Part shown: positions 38,365-51,900 of the stretch, piece by piece | Layout: the number at the start of each line of letters is the position of its first letter | Numbering within the stretch: the first letter of the stretch is position 1 | Origin: the human T2T-CHM13v2.0 reference genome, Homo sapiens | Direction: 5' to 3' (one strand) | Length of the DNA stretch: 64,000 bases | NCBI RefSeq assembly: GCF_009914755.1 | Contig: NC_060947.1 | Made by a program: the position numbers and the translations under genes | Notes under the pieces: generated by a model | The model's database searches: none | What the model was told of the DNA's origin: nothing | What the model saw: only the letters and a program-made list of their open reading frames with translations

Positions 38365-38747
38365 GTGAATTTGTGTTTGCCCTTCAAGATCCCTTTTCTA
38401 TACTTCTCCACTCCCTTGCCTTCTGGCTTCTGATTGGGTTTAGCCAATAAAAACCACCAATAAGATATGGCTAGGGGGGAAGAGAGGAAAGTCAGGGGAT
38501 TTATTTCCCTATGACGTCCTGGCTAGGGTTTGTCTTAACAGTGGCTGTGCTCTTCTCCTGAAGATCATAGCTCCTGTTGGACGTCCTTCTCTTAAAACTG
38601 CCTTTCTCCCTGGAATTCCCCCTCTTGCCCTCTCAGCAACCTGCTAGCCCAGGTTTCTTCAACTCTCTTTCCATCCATGCCCTTGTAAATAGTCACTTTA
38701 TTTAAATCTTTAGAGTGTGTTTCTCGTCGGAATATTGATGGATAACA
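38365..38747. mobile_element. LTR33-like ERVL LTR
   Basis: cttgccttctggcttctgattgggtttagccaat...gtcaggggatttatttccc resembles LTR33. Confidence 0.6.
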
Positions 38748-38864
38748 GCCTTCATGTAAAAGGCAGACAAAACTGTGTTTCTAGAGGAAAGTGCTAAAAT
38801 TAAAAGACAGAAGTTCTGAGAAGAGATAGTTTGATTTGGCACTTCTACTACAAGAAATCTCTTA

Positions 38865-38930
38865 AAATCAATTGGGTGTCCTCAGAAGGTAGAGTACCCC
38901 TCTCAGGGGAGGTGTTCAAGCAAAACACTA
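38865..38930 (+). mobile_element. L3/CR1 3' fragment
   Basis: aggtagagtacccctctcaggggaggtgttcaagcaaaac resembles the conserved CR1 3' block. Confidence 0.45.
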
Positions 38931-38957
38931 AAATTTTGTTGTTGTTATCTTTTTTTT

Positions 38958-39188
38958 TTATTACAAGTAAAACAATTTTATTTGCTGTTGGTCTATAAGC
39001 ATTTATGTAGCAAAATTATTATTTTATTTTTATTTTTTATTATACTTTAAGTTTTAGGGTACATGTGCACAATGTGCAGGTTAGTTACAGATGTATACAT
39101 GTGACATGCCGGTGCGCTGCACCCACTAACTCGTCATCTAGACATCACACTCTGGGGACTGTTGTGGGGTGGGGGGAGGGGGGAGGGA
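38958..39188 (-). mobile_element. Young L1PA2-type insertion, 5'-inverted, with 3' transduction
   Basis: Near-consensus 3'UTR with GAG and A (non-Ta) diagnostics at 39016-39141. Inverted G-rich segment 39142-39190. Unique tag 38961-39015 plus a second poly(A). TSD tatctttttttt at 38946-38957 and 39189-39200. Confidence 0.9.
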
Positions 39189-39561
39189 TATCTTTTTTTT
39201 AGAGGGAGAGGAGGAGCATGGGTATAAATGAGCGTTAGAAAGAGGTAACTTTTAAAATGTCATTTAACTTGATGTAAGAAATAGTAAATTGTGTTGAAAC
39301 ATTTTATTTCTTCTCATTTGCCTCTGAGTTTGCCATTGCAAAGTAACCAGAACTCATAAATTGAGTGATGAGCCATGCCACACAACTAGGCTCACCTCTC
39401 CAACCTGAGCATCTTGTGTATTTGTGGCATACTAATAGGCACTCCAGGGGAAGGGGTAGCAATAGGCAAGCTGCTGCCCCTTTGCTTTCAAACAGAATCA
39501 AAGCATCAGATGTTTGCCTGTACTAGGTGATTTTTATGGTTTCTTTCAGCCTTCTGTTTAT

Positions 39562-39860
39562 TTTCTCCCTCTCTCCTTCCCTCCTTCCTTTCGTTCCTTC
39601 CTTTCTTCTTCCCTACGCACCTCTTTCTATACATTCATTCATTCATTCATCTTCTTGTCCCACATTTTCTCAACAATACCAGCATCAAGCAGTGTGCAAG
39701 CTGCTGCATTGGAAGGTTACAGAGGAGCAAGGATACATTACCAAAAAGAAAACCAAAAAACAAAACAAAACAAAAAACCAAAAAACATACAGCCCATGCA
39801 GCTAACGCAGCTCATGCCTTCTAAGAGTTCACATTCTGGTAGGAGAGATAGAGAGTTACA
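39562..39860 (-). repeat. CT-rich/(TTCA)n tail of an L2 fragment with an embedded (CAAAA)n run
   Basis: cattcattcattcattca tail and L2-like body; A-rich run at about 39743-39786. Confidence 0.55.
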
Positions 39861-41254
39861 TCATGAAAAAATATTTTGTTCTTATATTCCCACACATTCA
39901 GCCTTTGTCAAGCCCTTCTTGAGCCTTTGTGAATCTATTCTTCATCTTTCCCTGTGCTTTTTCATATTCTCAAATGCCACTCCTGTAGCTGCCTCTTTGC
40001 ACACAATTTCTGCCTCTCAGTCATCTCTTATGACCCTCCTTATCAACCTTAAGAGAACGACACTCACTATTTGGACAAAGAAAAATGCTTACATGTTGCT
40101 CTCTGCTTCCAGCAAGTATAATGAAAGGTTGGCATCCTGTGTTTTCCTTTGAGAAAAAAAATAGTCATGAAAAGAACCTGTAGTTATGAGAAGACCAGAA
40201 AAAGTACATATAAATGCAACACTGTAACACAGATTAATACAAACAAGTAATTAAATACATTTAAATTTTTTTTTAAAAAAAAATACTGATTGTGCTGAGA
40301 AGCCTGGTAAGTCAGCATGTACTAGGAATCTTTGAAGCAACACTAACTATATCAGAATTTCTTCTTTTTTAAGGAGTTTTAATGGGAGTCTCAAATTTCT
40401 ACACTTTTCAGCCTTACCAGCAAAAAATGTCTTCATTATATTAGCTGCATTGAGATATTGATTTTTTTCCTAGGCCACGGAAAACCATCGCAAGCAACTT
40501 ACTGTGTTGGCTTTTGAAACTTCAAATACTCCACTATTCCATTAGAGGTCATTCTATATAGAGATATAGGATTATGGATTTAGAATGTAATAGGCTCTGT
40601 CAGTCATATTAGGTAAGTGTGTATTGCAAGAAGAAAGAAGGAAATAAAATGACAACCATTGTACAGAGAGTGTGACAAGCCAAGTGAAATAGAATGTTCT
40701 CTGCAAAGGAAGTGGTCTTTCCTTGAGTTAAACCGTTGCTCTTAGGACAAGCATGTGCTTTGTAAACTATAGTACTCACAATGGTTCAAAAGCTATTGAT
40801 GCTTCACCCTCCTCACAACCACCTCTATCATTTAGATGCAGTCCAATATTTGGGGCTCATGGCACTGCCGGATATCACCTACATCATAGTCTCTTATTTG
40901 CTTAACTAGCACTGAGTCAAATGTCCTCTTTAATTATAGTCAGTTTGTGATTCTGTGATAAATAGACAACATAATGTGGCATGGGTTAGGGGTATAAGTT
41001 TTATTTCCAAAGATACGGTTTGAAAGTGGTTTACTTTTTGCCATTTTATGAAACAGGAGAAACGTCTGTCCACACATCCCAGAGCACTGAAGTAGAAATT
41101 CCCTCCCAGCTTTGAGTATCAAGCTTTGTATTGATGGAAGAAGAGAATATGAATAGATATCACACATGTTTATTTTTTTGGCTCTCACCTTTCTCCATGA
41201 TGTTAACAAGTCTTTAAATTAGATGGTGGTCTTAAATATCATTGGTATATGCCT

Positions 41255-41470
41255 ACAGTGTGCAAACTGGTAGCCACTAGCCATATGTAGCTATTTAAAT
41301 TGAAATTAATTAAAATTAACTTAAACTAAAAATACAGACACCCCCAAGTCACTCTAATGTACTTAATGTACAATTGCTCAATAACCACATGCGACCAGCA
41401 GCTATCAACTGTGAAGTGAAGATACAGGACGTTTTTATTATAACTGAAAGTTATACTGAACAGGACTGAT
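41255..41470. mobile_element. MER33/MER3 hAT-Charlie MITE
   Basis: ggtagccactagccatatgtagctatttaaattgaaattaattaaaattaa...gctcaataaccacatg. Confidence 0.75.
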
Positions 41471-42186
41471 ATAGCCATTTCCTAATTTTTTTGCAGGATC
41501 TCATGGGAAATTTTGATGTCCCAAAGCTGTGGAGAGTAATAGAAATCTAGTACATGTGATGACTAATGAGCAATAGGGTATTAAGATGACTAAAGAAAAA
41601 TGGGGCAACGGGCCAAGAAAGGTGCACTATTTTACATGATTTTGCAAAGTATTTTTAGTATTTTGTATTCTATTTGATTTGAATAATTAATGATACTTAG
41701 AAAAGTATAAAGGGTATTTTGAAGGGTTTTGATGTTTACTGCATAGTTTTTGTAGTTAAAACATTGATACATAATAATATATAAATAGACTTTTGCTGCT
41801 TTTAAATCAAAGTGTAATAGTTGTTATGGCTTTGGGACTTACCAACTGCTTTCGTGAAATGGCTCTTAAGTATTGACTTAGATAGAAGCCAAGTCTGTGA
41901 GGACTGGGCTTGTCCAAGTGTAACATTACATGTCGTATTGCATTGATGTCATGCAGCACTACAATATGGCAGTTTCAGTTATAGTTGTAAGAGCATAGGA
42001 ATGTCTTCTGAAGCTAATGAAGTGGTATTTATATTACTTCATGGGAACGGCCATTAAAATAATTGCTCACTATATCTTAAAAAATATCCATATGTTAGAA
42101 AAAGTTATCTCTCAGAGAAGAAGTAAAGTACATTTTTATAGCTTCTCTGAAAGAAAATGAATGTTTGAAATACTGAAGGATGTTAT

Positions 42187-42257
42187 TGTGCACAGGTGTG
42201 TGCTTGTGTGCATGTACATGTGTGCACACGCACGCGCACACACACACACACACACAC
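42187..42257. repeat. (TG)/(CA) alternating purine-pyrimidine microsatellite
   Basis: Strict R/Y alternation across 42205-42257. Confidence 0.9.
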
Positions 42258-42258
42258 C

Positions 42259-44592
42259 TGATATGGTTTGTCTCTGGGTCCCCACCTAAATCTTATCTTG
42301 AATTGTAATCCCATAATCCCCATGTGTTGTGGGAGGGACCCGGTAAAAGATAATTGAATCATGGGGGTGTTTTCCCCCATGCTGTTCTTGTGAGAGTGAG
42401 AGTGAGTGAGTTCTCACAAGATCTGATAGTTTTATAAGGGGCTTCCCCCTTCGCTGAACACTCATTCTCTCTCCTGATGCCATATGAAGAGGTGCCTTCT
42501 GCCATGATTGTAAGTTTCCTGAGGCCTTCCAAGCCACGTGGAACTGTGAGTCAATTAAACCTCTTTCCTTTATAAATTGCCCAGTCTTGAGCAGTTCTTT
42601 ATAGCAGTATGAGAATGGACTAACACAGTAAACTGGTACTGCAGAGAATGGGGTGCTGCTACAAGGATACCCCAAAATGTGGAAGCATCTTTGGAACTGA
42701 GTAAAAGGCAGAGGTTGGAATAGTTTGGAGGGCTCAGAAAAAGACAGGAAAATGTGGGAACGTTTGGAATTTCCTAGACATTTGGAGGGCTCAGAAAGCA
42801 GAAAGATGCCAGAAAGTTTGGAACTTCCTAGAGACTTGTAGAATGGCTTTCACAAAACTGCTGATGGCAATATAGGCAATGAAGTCCAGGCTGAGGTGAT
42901 CTCAGAAGGAGATAAAGAACTTTTTGGGAACTGGAGTAAAGGTCCCTCTTGCTATGCTTTAGCAAAGAGACTGGTAGTGTTTTGCCCCTGTCCTAGAGAT
43001 CTGTGGAACTTTGAACTTGAGAGAGATTATTTAGGGTATCTGGTGGAAGAAATTTCTAAGCAACAAAGTATTCAAGAGATAATGGAGAATAAAAGTTTGG
43101 AAAATTTGCAACCTGTCAATGCAACAGGAAAGAAAAACCCATTTTCTGGGGGAGAAATTCAAGCTGGCTGCAGAAATTTGCATAAATTACATGGATCCAA
43201 ATGCTAATCAGCAGGAAAAATGGGAAAAACGTCTATGGGGCAAGTGAGAGATCTTCATGACAGCACCTCCCATCACAGGCTGAGAAGCCTAGGATGAAAT
43301 GATAATTTCTTGGGCCAGGCTCAGAGCCCCCTGCTCTGTGCAGCCTCAGAACCTGGTGCCTTGTGTCCCACCTGCTTCCGATCTAGCTGTGGCTAAAAGG
43401 GGCAAAGATACAGCTCAAGCCATTGCTTCCAAGGGTGCAAACCCCAAGTCTTGGCAGCTTCTATATCGTATTGCTCCTACAGGTGCACAGTAGTCAAAAA
43501 TTGATGCTTTCGAACCACCACCTAGATTTCAGAGGATGTATGGAAACACCTGGATGTCCAGGCAGAAGTTTGCTTCATGGGTTGAGCCCTTATGGAGAGC
43601 CTCTGCTAGGGCAGTGCAGAAAGGAAATGTGGGGTCAGAACTCACACAGAGTCCCCACTGGGCCACTGCCTAGTGGAGCTTTGAGAAGAGGACCACTGTC
43701 CTACAGACCCCAGAATGGCGGATCTACTGACAGCTTGTACCGTGCACCTGGAAAAGCTGCAGACACTCAATGTCAGCTGGAAAGGCAGCTAGGAGTGGGG
43801 CTGTACCCTGCAAAGCCACAGGGGCAGAGCTGTGAAAAGCCATGAGAGCCCACCACTTACATCAGCATGACCTGGAAGTGAGATATGGTATCAAAGGAAA
43901 TCGTTTTGTAACTATAAGGTTTAATGACTGCCCTATTGGATTTTGGACTGGCATGGGGCCTGTAGCCCCTTTGTTTTGACCATTTTCTCTGATCTGGAAT
44001 GGTTATATTTACCAAATGCTTGTACCTCCATTGTATCTAAGACTTAACTAACTTGCATTTTATTTCACGGGCTCATAAGTGGAAGGGACTTGCCTAGTCT
44101 CAGATGAGACTTTGGACCTGGCATTTGGGTTAAGCCTGGAATGAGTTAAGACTTTGGGAGACTGTTGGGAAGGCATAATTGTGTTTTGAAATGTGAGTTT
44201 ATGAGATTGGGAGGGGCCAGAAACAAAATGATATGTTTTGGCTCTGTGTCCCCACCCAAATCTCATCTTGAATTTTAATCTCATAATCTCCACATATGTG
44301 AGAGAGACCCAGTGGGAGACAATTGAATCATGGGGACGGTTTCTCCCATGCTTTTCTGATGATAGTAAGTGATTTCTCAGAAGATCTGATGGTTTCATAA
44401 GGGGCATCTCCCCATTTGCTCATCACTCATTCTCTCTCCTGCTTCCCTGTGAGGAGGTGTCTTCCACCATGATTATAAGTTACCTGAGGCCTCACCAGCC
44501 ATGTGGAACTGTGAGTTAATTAAACCTCTTTTCTTTATAAATTACCCAGTATCAGGCAGTTTTTTATAGCAGCGCGAGAATGGACTAACATA
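42259..44592 (+). mobile_element. Full-length THE1D-type MaLR provirus: LTR 42259-42627, internal, LTR 44229-44592
   Basis: TGATATG starts and CTAACA(C/T)A ends; THE1 internal of about 1.6 kb. Perfect TSD ACACC at 42254-42258 and 44593-44597. Confidence 0.95.
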
Positions 44593-44968
44593 ACACCTCT
44601 GATGTGGTATTAAATGAGAGCATTAGGATATAAGATACTTACATAAGTGACTGCTACTTCTTAAATACTGTTTAACACCCCACTCCTTCTGTATGACAAA
44701 TAGCAGTGTGGCAATAGGTTGGTATGGGATTTTATTTATTGTTCATTGCCTAGAACAATAAATAAAACTTGAGGTGGGAGGGTTCTGACTAGATTCTACC
44801 AGTTGCCTTTCCTGTGCTTATAAAAAGACTCTACAAGGGCTTTGCTCCAGGACACTGTCTGCAGATTGATATCATTTAGTCCTCATAGAGTTAGGCTCTT
44901 TGTTAGCTGTTTTCCAGGGTGTTAGCATTTAACACTCTTCTGAATACCTCAGGAAAACATACCCATAG

Positions 44969-45311
<343 letters not shown>

Positions 45312-46079
45312 AAAGACACATTTTCAATTAGGGTTGTCATAGTGATTAAATCAGATGATATGTGTAAAGCACATGACACAGTACTTGGCATTTAAGTGCT
45401 CCAACATTGTCAGCTATCTATTAGAGTTCTGCTTCCAGGTGTTGTATTATTTCCTATCCCCAGGCCCTCTTCTGACCACCATGCCATCTAAACAAACTTT
45501 TGACTTGCATGCCTCTAAAGTAGCCACAAACTATGCTCTTTAAAACTATCAAGTCAAATATTGGAAAAATTGCCTAAATAAAGTCTATCTCTTGACAGAT
45601 CCCTTAGTGAGGAATATGAAAGACATGATGTTGGGATCTTATTAAATGTCATTCAGTTGTCTGTTGTTTCTTGTTCACATGTTCTGCTATTCACATTGAG
45701 TGAAAAACCACTTGCATGACATATGTCAAGACACCAAATTCTCTAGCATCTAGTAGGATATAGCAAAGCACTTTATTTCCATGGGACGTTTTGTTCAACT
45801 TGGCAAATTGTGGGTGCAAAAATTTTGGAAACACTTACATATAAAATGAAATTGAAGTACAGGGAGATATGAGGGCTTATTTTTTCCTCTCAAAAATATA
45901 CCATAAAAATTTAATTTGTTTTTTGTTGTCAGATCATAAAAATAACCTGACTTTGATCTGTCACTACCTACTACCCATACACAGTGAATTTGTTTTGGCT
46001 AAGAAGGAAGTAGACCAAGTAAGAGCCAAGGAGGGGACATTGTAACCATAGTTTGTATTTCTAAATGGTATCTGCTGGC

Positions 46080-46260
46080 CAAGGGGTCCTCTAACTCATT
46101 ATTTAGAAAACTTTCCTGATTTCATGAATTACTTAGGTGCTTAAAAAATAAAGTTATAGTCCCACACCAGACAATCTAAAGCAGATTATTCAGGAGAGAA
46201 GTTTGGCATGCTATTTTTAACAAACTTTTCCACTGATTATTATTATCAGAAATTTAAAGA
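46080..46260. mobile_element. MER5-type MITE
   Basis: cccacaccagac...gcagatt...gctatttttaacaaacttttccactgattattatt. Confidence 0.5.
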
Positions 46261-46427
46261 AAAGCTACATAGATACCCTTCCAAACCATAGATAGATGTA
46301 AGGATAATTTTAGGGATGCTTGTTAGTGTTTGGGACAACCATTGTGGAATTACTATAGAATTTTATGAAATGTCTCAAAATTTTGATGGATCTAAAATTC
46401 ATTTCTAGATTTAAAGACTTTGGAAAG

Positions 46428-48830
46428 TGTATTAGCCCATTTTCACACTGCTGATAAAGACATACTTGAGGCTGGGCAATTTTAAAAAGAAAGAGGTTTC
46501 ATGGACTTACAGTTTCATGCGGCTGGGAAAGCTTCACAATCATGGTGGAAGGAAAGGAGGAGCAACTCACATCTTACATAGATGGCAGCAGGCAAACAGA
46601 GAGCTTGTGCAGGGAAACTCCCCCTTATAAAACCATCAAATCTCATGAGACTTATTCACTATCAAGAGAACAGCACGGGAAAGACCTGCCCCCATGATTC
46701 AATTACCTCCCATTTGGTCCCTCCCGCAACACATGGGAATTCAAGGTGAAATTTGGGTGGGGACACAGCCAAACAATATCATTCCGCCCCTGGACCATCT
46801 CAAAACTCATGTCCTCACATTTGAAAAATCAATCATGACTTCCTAAAAGTCCCACAAAGTCTTAACTCATTTCAACATTAACTCAAAAGTCCACTGTGCA
46901 AAGTCTCATCTGAGACAAGGCAAGTCCCTTCCACCTATGAGACTGTAAAATCAAAAGTAAGTTAGTTACTTCCTAGGTACAATGGGGGTACAGACATTTG
47001 GTAAATGCAGCCATTCCAAATGGGAGAAATTTGCCAAAATAAAGGGGCTATAGGCCCCATCCAAGTCCAAAATTCAGCAGGGCAGTCAAAGTTTAAAGCT
47101 CCAAAATGATCTCCTTTGACTCCATGTCTCACATCCAGGTCACGTTGATGCAAGAAGTGGGTTCCCATGGTCTTGGCAAGCTCTGCCCCTGTGGCTTTTC
47201 AGGGACAGCCTCCCTTCTGGCTGATTTCAGGGGCTGCATTGAGTTTCTGTGGCTTTTCCAGGTCCATGGTGCAAGCTGTCAATGGATCTACCATTCTGGG
47301 ATCTGGAGGATGGTGGCCTTCTTCTCACAGCTCTACTAGGTGGTGCCCCAGTAGGGACTTTGTGTGGAGGCTCTAACCCCACATTTTACTTCTGTACTGC
47401 CCTAGCAGAGGTTCTCCAGGAGAGGCCCACCCCTGCAGCAAACTCTCCCTGGGCATCTAGGTGTTTCCATACATCCTCTGAAATCTAGGTGGAGGTTCCC
47501 AAACCTCATTATTGACTTCCATGCACCTGCAGCCTTAAAACCATGTGGAAGCTGCCAAGGCTTGGGGCTTCTGCCGTCTGAAGCAACAGCCCACACTATA
47601 CCTTGGCCCCTTTTAGCCCTGGCTTGAGTGACTGGAATGCAGTGTACCAAGTCCCTAGGCTGCAAAGAGAAGGGGGGCCCCGGGCCTGGCCCACAAAACC
47701 ATCTTTTTCTTCATGGCCTCTGGGCCTGTGATGGCAGAGGCTGCTGTGAAGACCTCTGACATGCCCTGGAAACATTTTTCTCATTGTTTTGGGGATTAAC
47801 ATTTGGCTCCTCATTATTTATGCAAATTTCTATAGCCAGCTTCAATTTCTCTTCAGAAAATAGGATTTTCTTTTTTATCATGTTATCAAGCTGCAAATGT
47901 TCCAAGTTTTATGCTCTGTTTCCCTTTTAAAACTGGATGCCTTTAACAGCACCCAAGTCACATCTTGAATGCATTGCTGCTTAGGAATTTCTTTTATCAG
48001 ATACCCTAAATCATTGCTCTCAAGTTCAAAGATTCACAAATCTCTAGGGCAGGGGAAAAATGCTGCCAGTTTCTTTGCTAAAACATAACAAGAGTCACCT
48101 TTGCCCCAGTTCTCAACAAGTTCCTCATCTCCCTCTGAGACCACGTCAGCCAGGGTTTTATTGTCTATATCACTATCATCATTGTGGTCAAAGCCATTCA
48201 ACAAATCTCTAGAAAGTTACAAACTTTCCCACATTTTCTTGTCCTCTTTTGAGCCCTCCAAACTGTTCCATCCTCTGCATGTTACCCAGTTCCAAAGTCA
48301 CTTCCATATTTTGGGGTAGCTTTACAGCAGCACGCCCCTCTACTGGTGCCAATTTACTGTATTAGCCTGTGTTCACACTGCTGATGAAGACATACCTGTA
48401 AGTTCTCTGTGCAGCAAACAAGCATGACATACATATACCTATGTATAAAACCTGCTCGATCTGCACATGTATCCCATTTTTTTTGGAAGAAATACAGAAA
48501 AAAAACAAAACATACCTGACACTGGGCAATTTACGATAGAAAGAGGTTTAATGGACTTGCAGTTTCATGTGGCTGGGGAAGCCTCACAATCATAGCAGAA
48601 GGCAAGGAGGAGCATGTCATGTCTTACATTCAGGGCAGCAGGCAAAGAGAGAGCTTGTGCAGGGAAACTTCTCCTTTAAAACCATCGGATCTCATGGTAC
48701 TTATTCACTATCACCTGAACACCATGGGAAAGACCTGTCCCCATTATTCAGTTACCTCCCACTGGGTTCCTGTCACAACACATGGGAATTCAAGATGAAA
48801 TTTGGGTGGGGACACAGCCAAGCCATATCA
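46428..48830 (-). mobile_element. Full-length THE1A/B MaLR provirus: 3' LTR 46428-46781, internal, 5' LTR 48358-48830
   Basis: Two tgtattag...atatca LTR copies bracket an antisense THE1 internal region. The TSD is degenerate (gaaag/gggag). Confidence 0.93.
48399..48509 (+). mobile_element. About 110-bp 5'-truncated L1 (L1PA10-like 3' end) inserted in a THE1 LTR
   Basis: gtgcagcaaac...ctgcacatgtatcccatttttttt...gaagaaata plus an A tail. TSD acatacctg at 48390-48398 and 48510-48518. Confidence 0.85.
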
Positions 48831-48984
48831 GGGAGGATCCCTTGTACTGAGAAATAATCTCCCTTATTGGAGTTGTTCTGATAGAGAAATAATTCATGTA
48901 CAACAGGTGGAAAATTCCATAGTGGTGCATTTCTTATCAAACGTATACTTTGCTTCCGTGGGGTCTCCTTATGTGGCTCATGCC

Positions 48985-51900
48985 AACACTTGATTTTTGG
49001 ATCCATGAATCCTGGCTATGGGAGAAACAGTACCATATATTGGATGCTGATTCAGAACATACATGGGCTTCTGGAGAACTTTGTCCCAGCCCTGCAAGTA
49101 TTGTCACCTTCTTGGCATTGTCATTGTGATTTCAAAAGACCGTTCCACCGTTCTATCAATCCAGCTGCTTCAGGATGATGGGGAACATGGTGAGACCAGT
49201 GAATATCAACAGCATGAACCCACTGCCACACATCTTTAGCCATAAAGTAAGTGACTTGGTCAAAGGCAATGCTGTGTGGAATTCCATGACAGTGGAAAAG
49301 GCATTCCATGATTCCACAGATGGTAGTCTTGGCAAAAGAATTGCATGCAGGATAGGCAAACCCATATCTGGAATAAGTGTCTATTCCAGTGAGGACAAAC
49401 CTCTGCCCTTTCTATGATGGAACAGGTTCAATATAATCAACTGGCCACCAAGTAGCTGCCTGATCACCCTGAGAAATGGTACCATATCGAGGGCTCAGTG
49501 TTGATCTATGCTGCTGGCAAATTGGGCACTCAGCAGTGGCTATAGCCAGGTCAGCCTTGGTAAGTGGAAGTCCATGTTGCTGAACCCATGCATAAACTCC
49601 ATCCCTGCCACCATGGCCACTTTGTTCATGGGCCCATTGGGCAATCATAGGGGTGGCTGGGGAAAGAGGTTGGGTGGTATTCACAGAATGGGTCATCCTC
49701 TCCACTTGTTTATTTAAGTCTTCCCCTGCAGAGGTCACCCATTGGTGAGCACTCACATGGGATACAAATATATTCAGTTTTTGACCACTCAGGGAGGTCC
49801 ATCCACATACCTCTTCCCCAAATTTCTTTATCACCAATTCTTTAATTATGCTTCTTTTAAGTCTCTGACCATCCAGCCAAACCATTGGCCACAGCCCATG
49901 AATCAGTATATAATCACACACCTGGCCATTTCTCATTCCATGCAAAGTGCACAAACAGGTGCACTGCTCAAAGTTCTGCCCGCTGGAACAATATCCCTTC
50001 ACCACTGTCCTTCAGGGATGTCCTAGAAATGGGTTGTAGTGCTGCAGCTCTCCACTTTCTAGTGGTGCCTGTATATTGTGAAGAACCATCTGTGAACCAG
50101 GATCTGTCTTCTCTTTCTCTGTCTACTGATCATAGGGAGCTCCCCATGAGGCTGTTGGTGCAGGCTGAGGGAGAGAAGGCATGGTAGCAGAAATGGAGAC
50201 CATACGCATTTGATCCACTTCCTCATATAACTTATTTGTGCCTTCAGGACCTGATCAAGCCCAATCACATATATACCACTTTTATTTGATGATGGAACAT
50301 TACTGTGCATGAGCCACTTTATGACTAGATGGGTTAGAAAGCACCCAGTTTATGATAGGCAGTTAAGTTCACATGGTGACTTGATGACCCGTAGTCAAAC
50401 ATTCGGTTTCCACCAAAGCCCAGTAACGGGCCAAGAGCTGTCTCTCAAAAGGAGAGTAGTTATCTGCAGAAGAAGGCAAGGCCTTGCTCCAAAATCCTAG
50501 AGATCCCTTCTGTGGTTCTCCTATGGGGAGCTGCCAAAGGCTCCAAACAGCATTCCTATCTTCCACTGACACTGCAAGCACCATTGGATCTGCTGGGTCA
50601 TATGGCTCAAGTGGCAGAGCAGCTTGCCCAGCAGCCTGCACAGCAGCCTGGACCTGTTGCAGAGCTTTCTCCCGTTCTGGACCACACTCAAAACTGGCAG
50701 TCTTTCAGGTCACTCGATCAATGGGCTGAAGTAACACACCCAAATGAGGAATGTGTTGCCTCCAAAATCCAAATAGGCCCATTAGGAGTTGTGTCTCTTT
50801 CTTGGTTGTAGGAGGGGCCAAATAGAGCAACTTATCCTTCATCTTAGAAGGAATATCTCAATAGGCCCCACACCACTGGACTCCTAGAAATTTTACTAAG
50901 GTAGAAGCTCCCTGAATTTCAGTCAGATTTCACATCCTCTGGCATGCAAATGTCTCACCAATAGGTCCAGTGTGTTTGCTACTTCTTGCTAACTGGATCC
51001 AATCAGCATGATGTCATCAATGTAATGGACCAGTGTAATATCTTGCAGAAACGAAAAATGATCAAGGTCTCTGTGAATAAGATTATGACACAAAACTGGA
51101 GAGTTGATATACCCTTGAGGTAGGACAGTAAAGGTATATTGCTGGCCTTGCCAGCTAAAGGCAAATTGGTTATGGTGGGCCTTATGGACAGGAACAGGGA
51201 AAAAGGCATCTGCCGAGTTAATGGCTGCATACCAGGTACCAGACTTGTTAATTTGCCCAAGCAATGAGACCACATCTGGTACAGTGGCTGCAATTGGAGT
51301 CACCACTTGGTTAAGCTTATGATAATCCACTGTCATTCTCCAAGATCCATCAGTCTTCTGCAGAGGCCAAATAGGAGAGTTGAATGGGGATGTGTTGGGA
51401 ATCACCACCCCTGCATCTTTCAAGTCCTTGATGGTGGCAGTAATATCCACAACCCCTCCAGGGATGTGGTATTGATTATGATTTACTATTTTTCTAGGTA
51501 AAGGCAGCCTTAATGGCTTGCATTTGACTTTTCCACCATAATAGCCCTTACCCTACCAGTCAGGGAGTCAATGTGGGAGTTCTGCCAGCTACTAAGTATG
51601 TCTATGCTAATTATGTATTCTGGCACTGAGGAAATGACCACAGGATGGGGTCCCACTGGACCCACAGTAAGTCGGACCTGAGCCAAAAGAACAGTTACCC
51701 TGGTAAAAGGCTGGAGGTCTCCTTGGGATGGGTGGGAGAAAGATTAACAACATAAATTGTTGGTACTGTAGTGGGATCCTTCTTCAAGGGAACCCAGCCT
51801 CAACTTCATTCAAGAGCTACTGGGTCTGTAAACTACCTCAAGTCTGGAAATTGATTGAGGGGCTGTGATTCTCTGTTTTTATAATTTAAATTAGTCTTTT

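Noticed and set aside
39514-40152. Longest ORF in the window (212 aa)
   Set aside because: Non-ATG start; it runs through CT-rich, (TTCA)n and (CAAAA)n low-complexity/L2 sequence and has no recognisable domain.
46423-48835. THE1 TSD mismatch as evidence of ectopic recombination
   Set aside because: gaaag vs gggag differs by two transitions, which age alone can explain; not decisive.
49412-50005. 197-aa ORF as an intact integrase or co-opted gene
   Set aside because: Only the C-terminal half is in the pol frame, and it stops before the DDE core; a frameshifted fossil.
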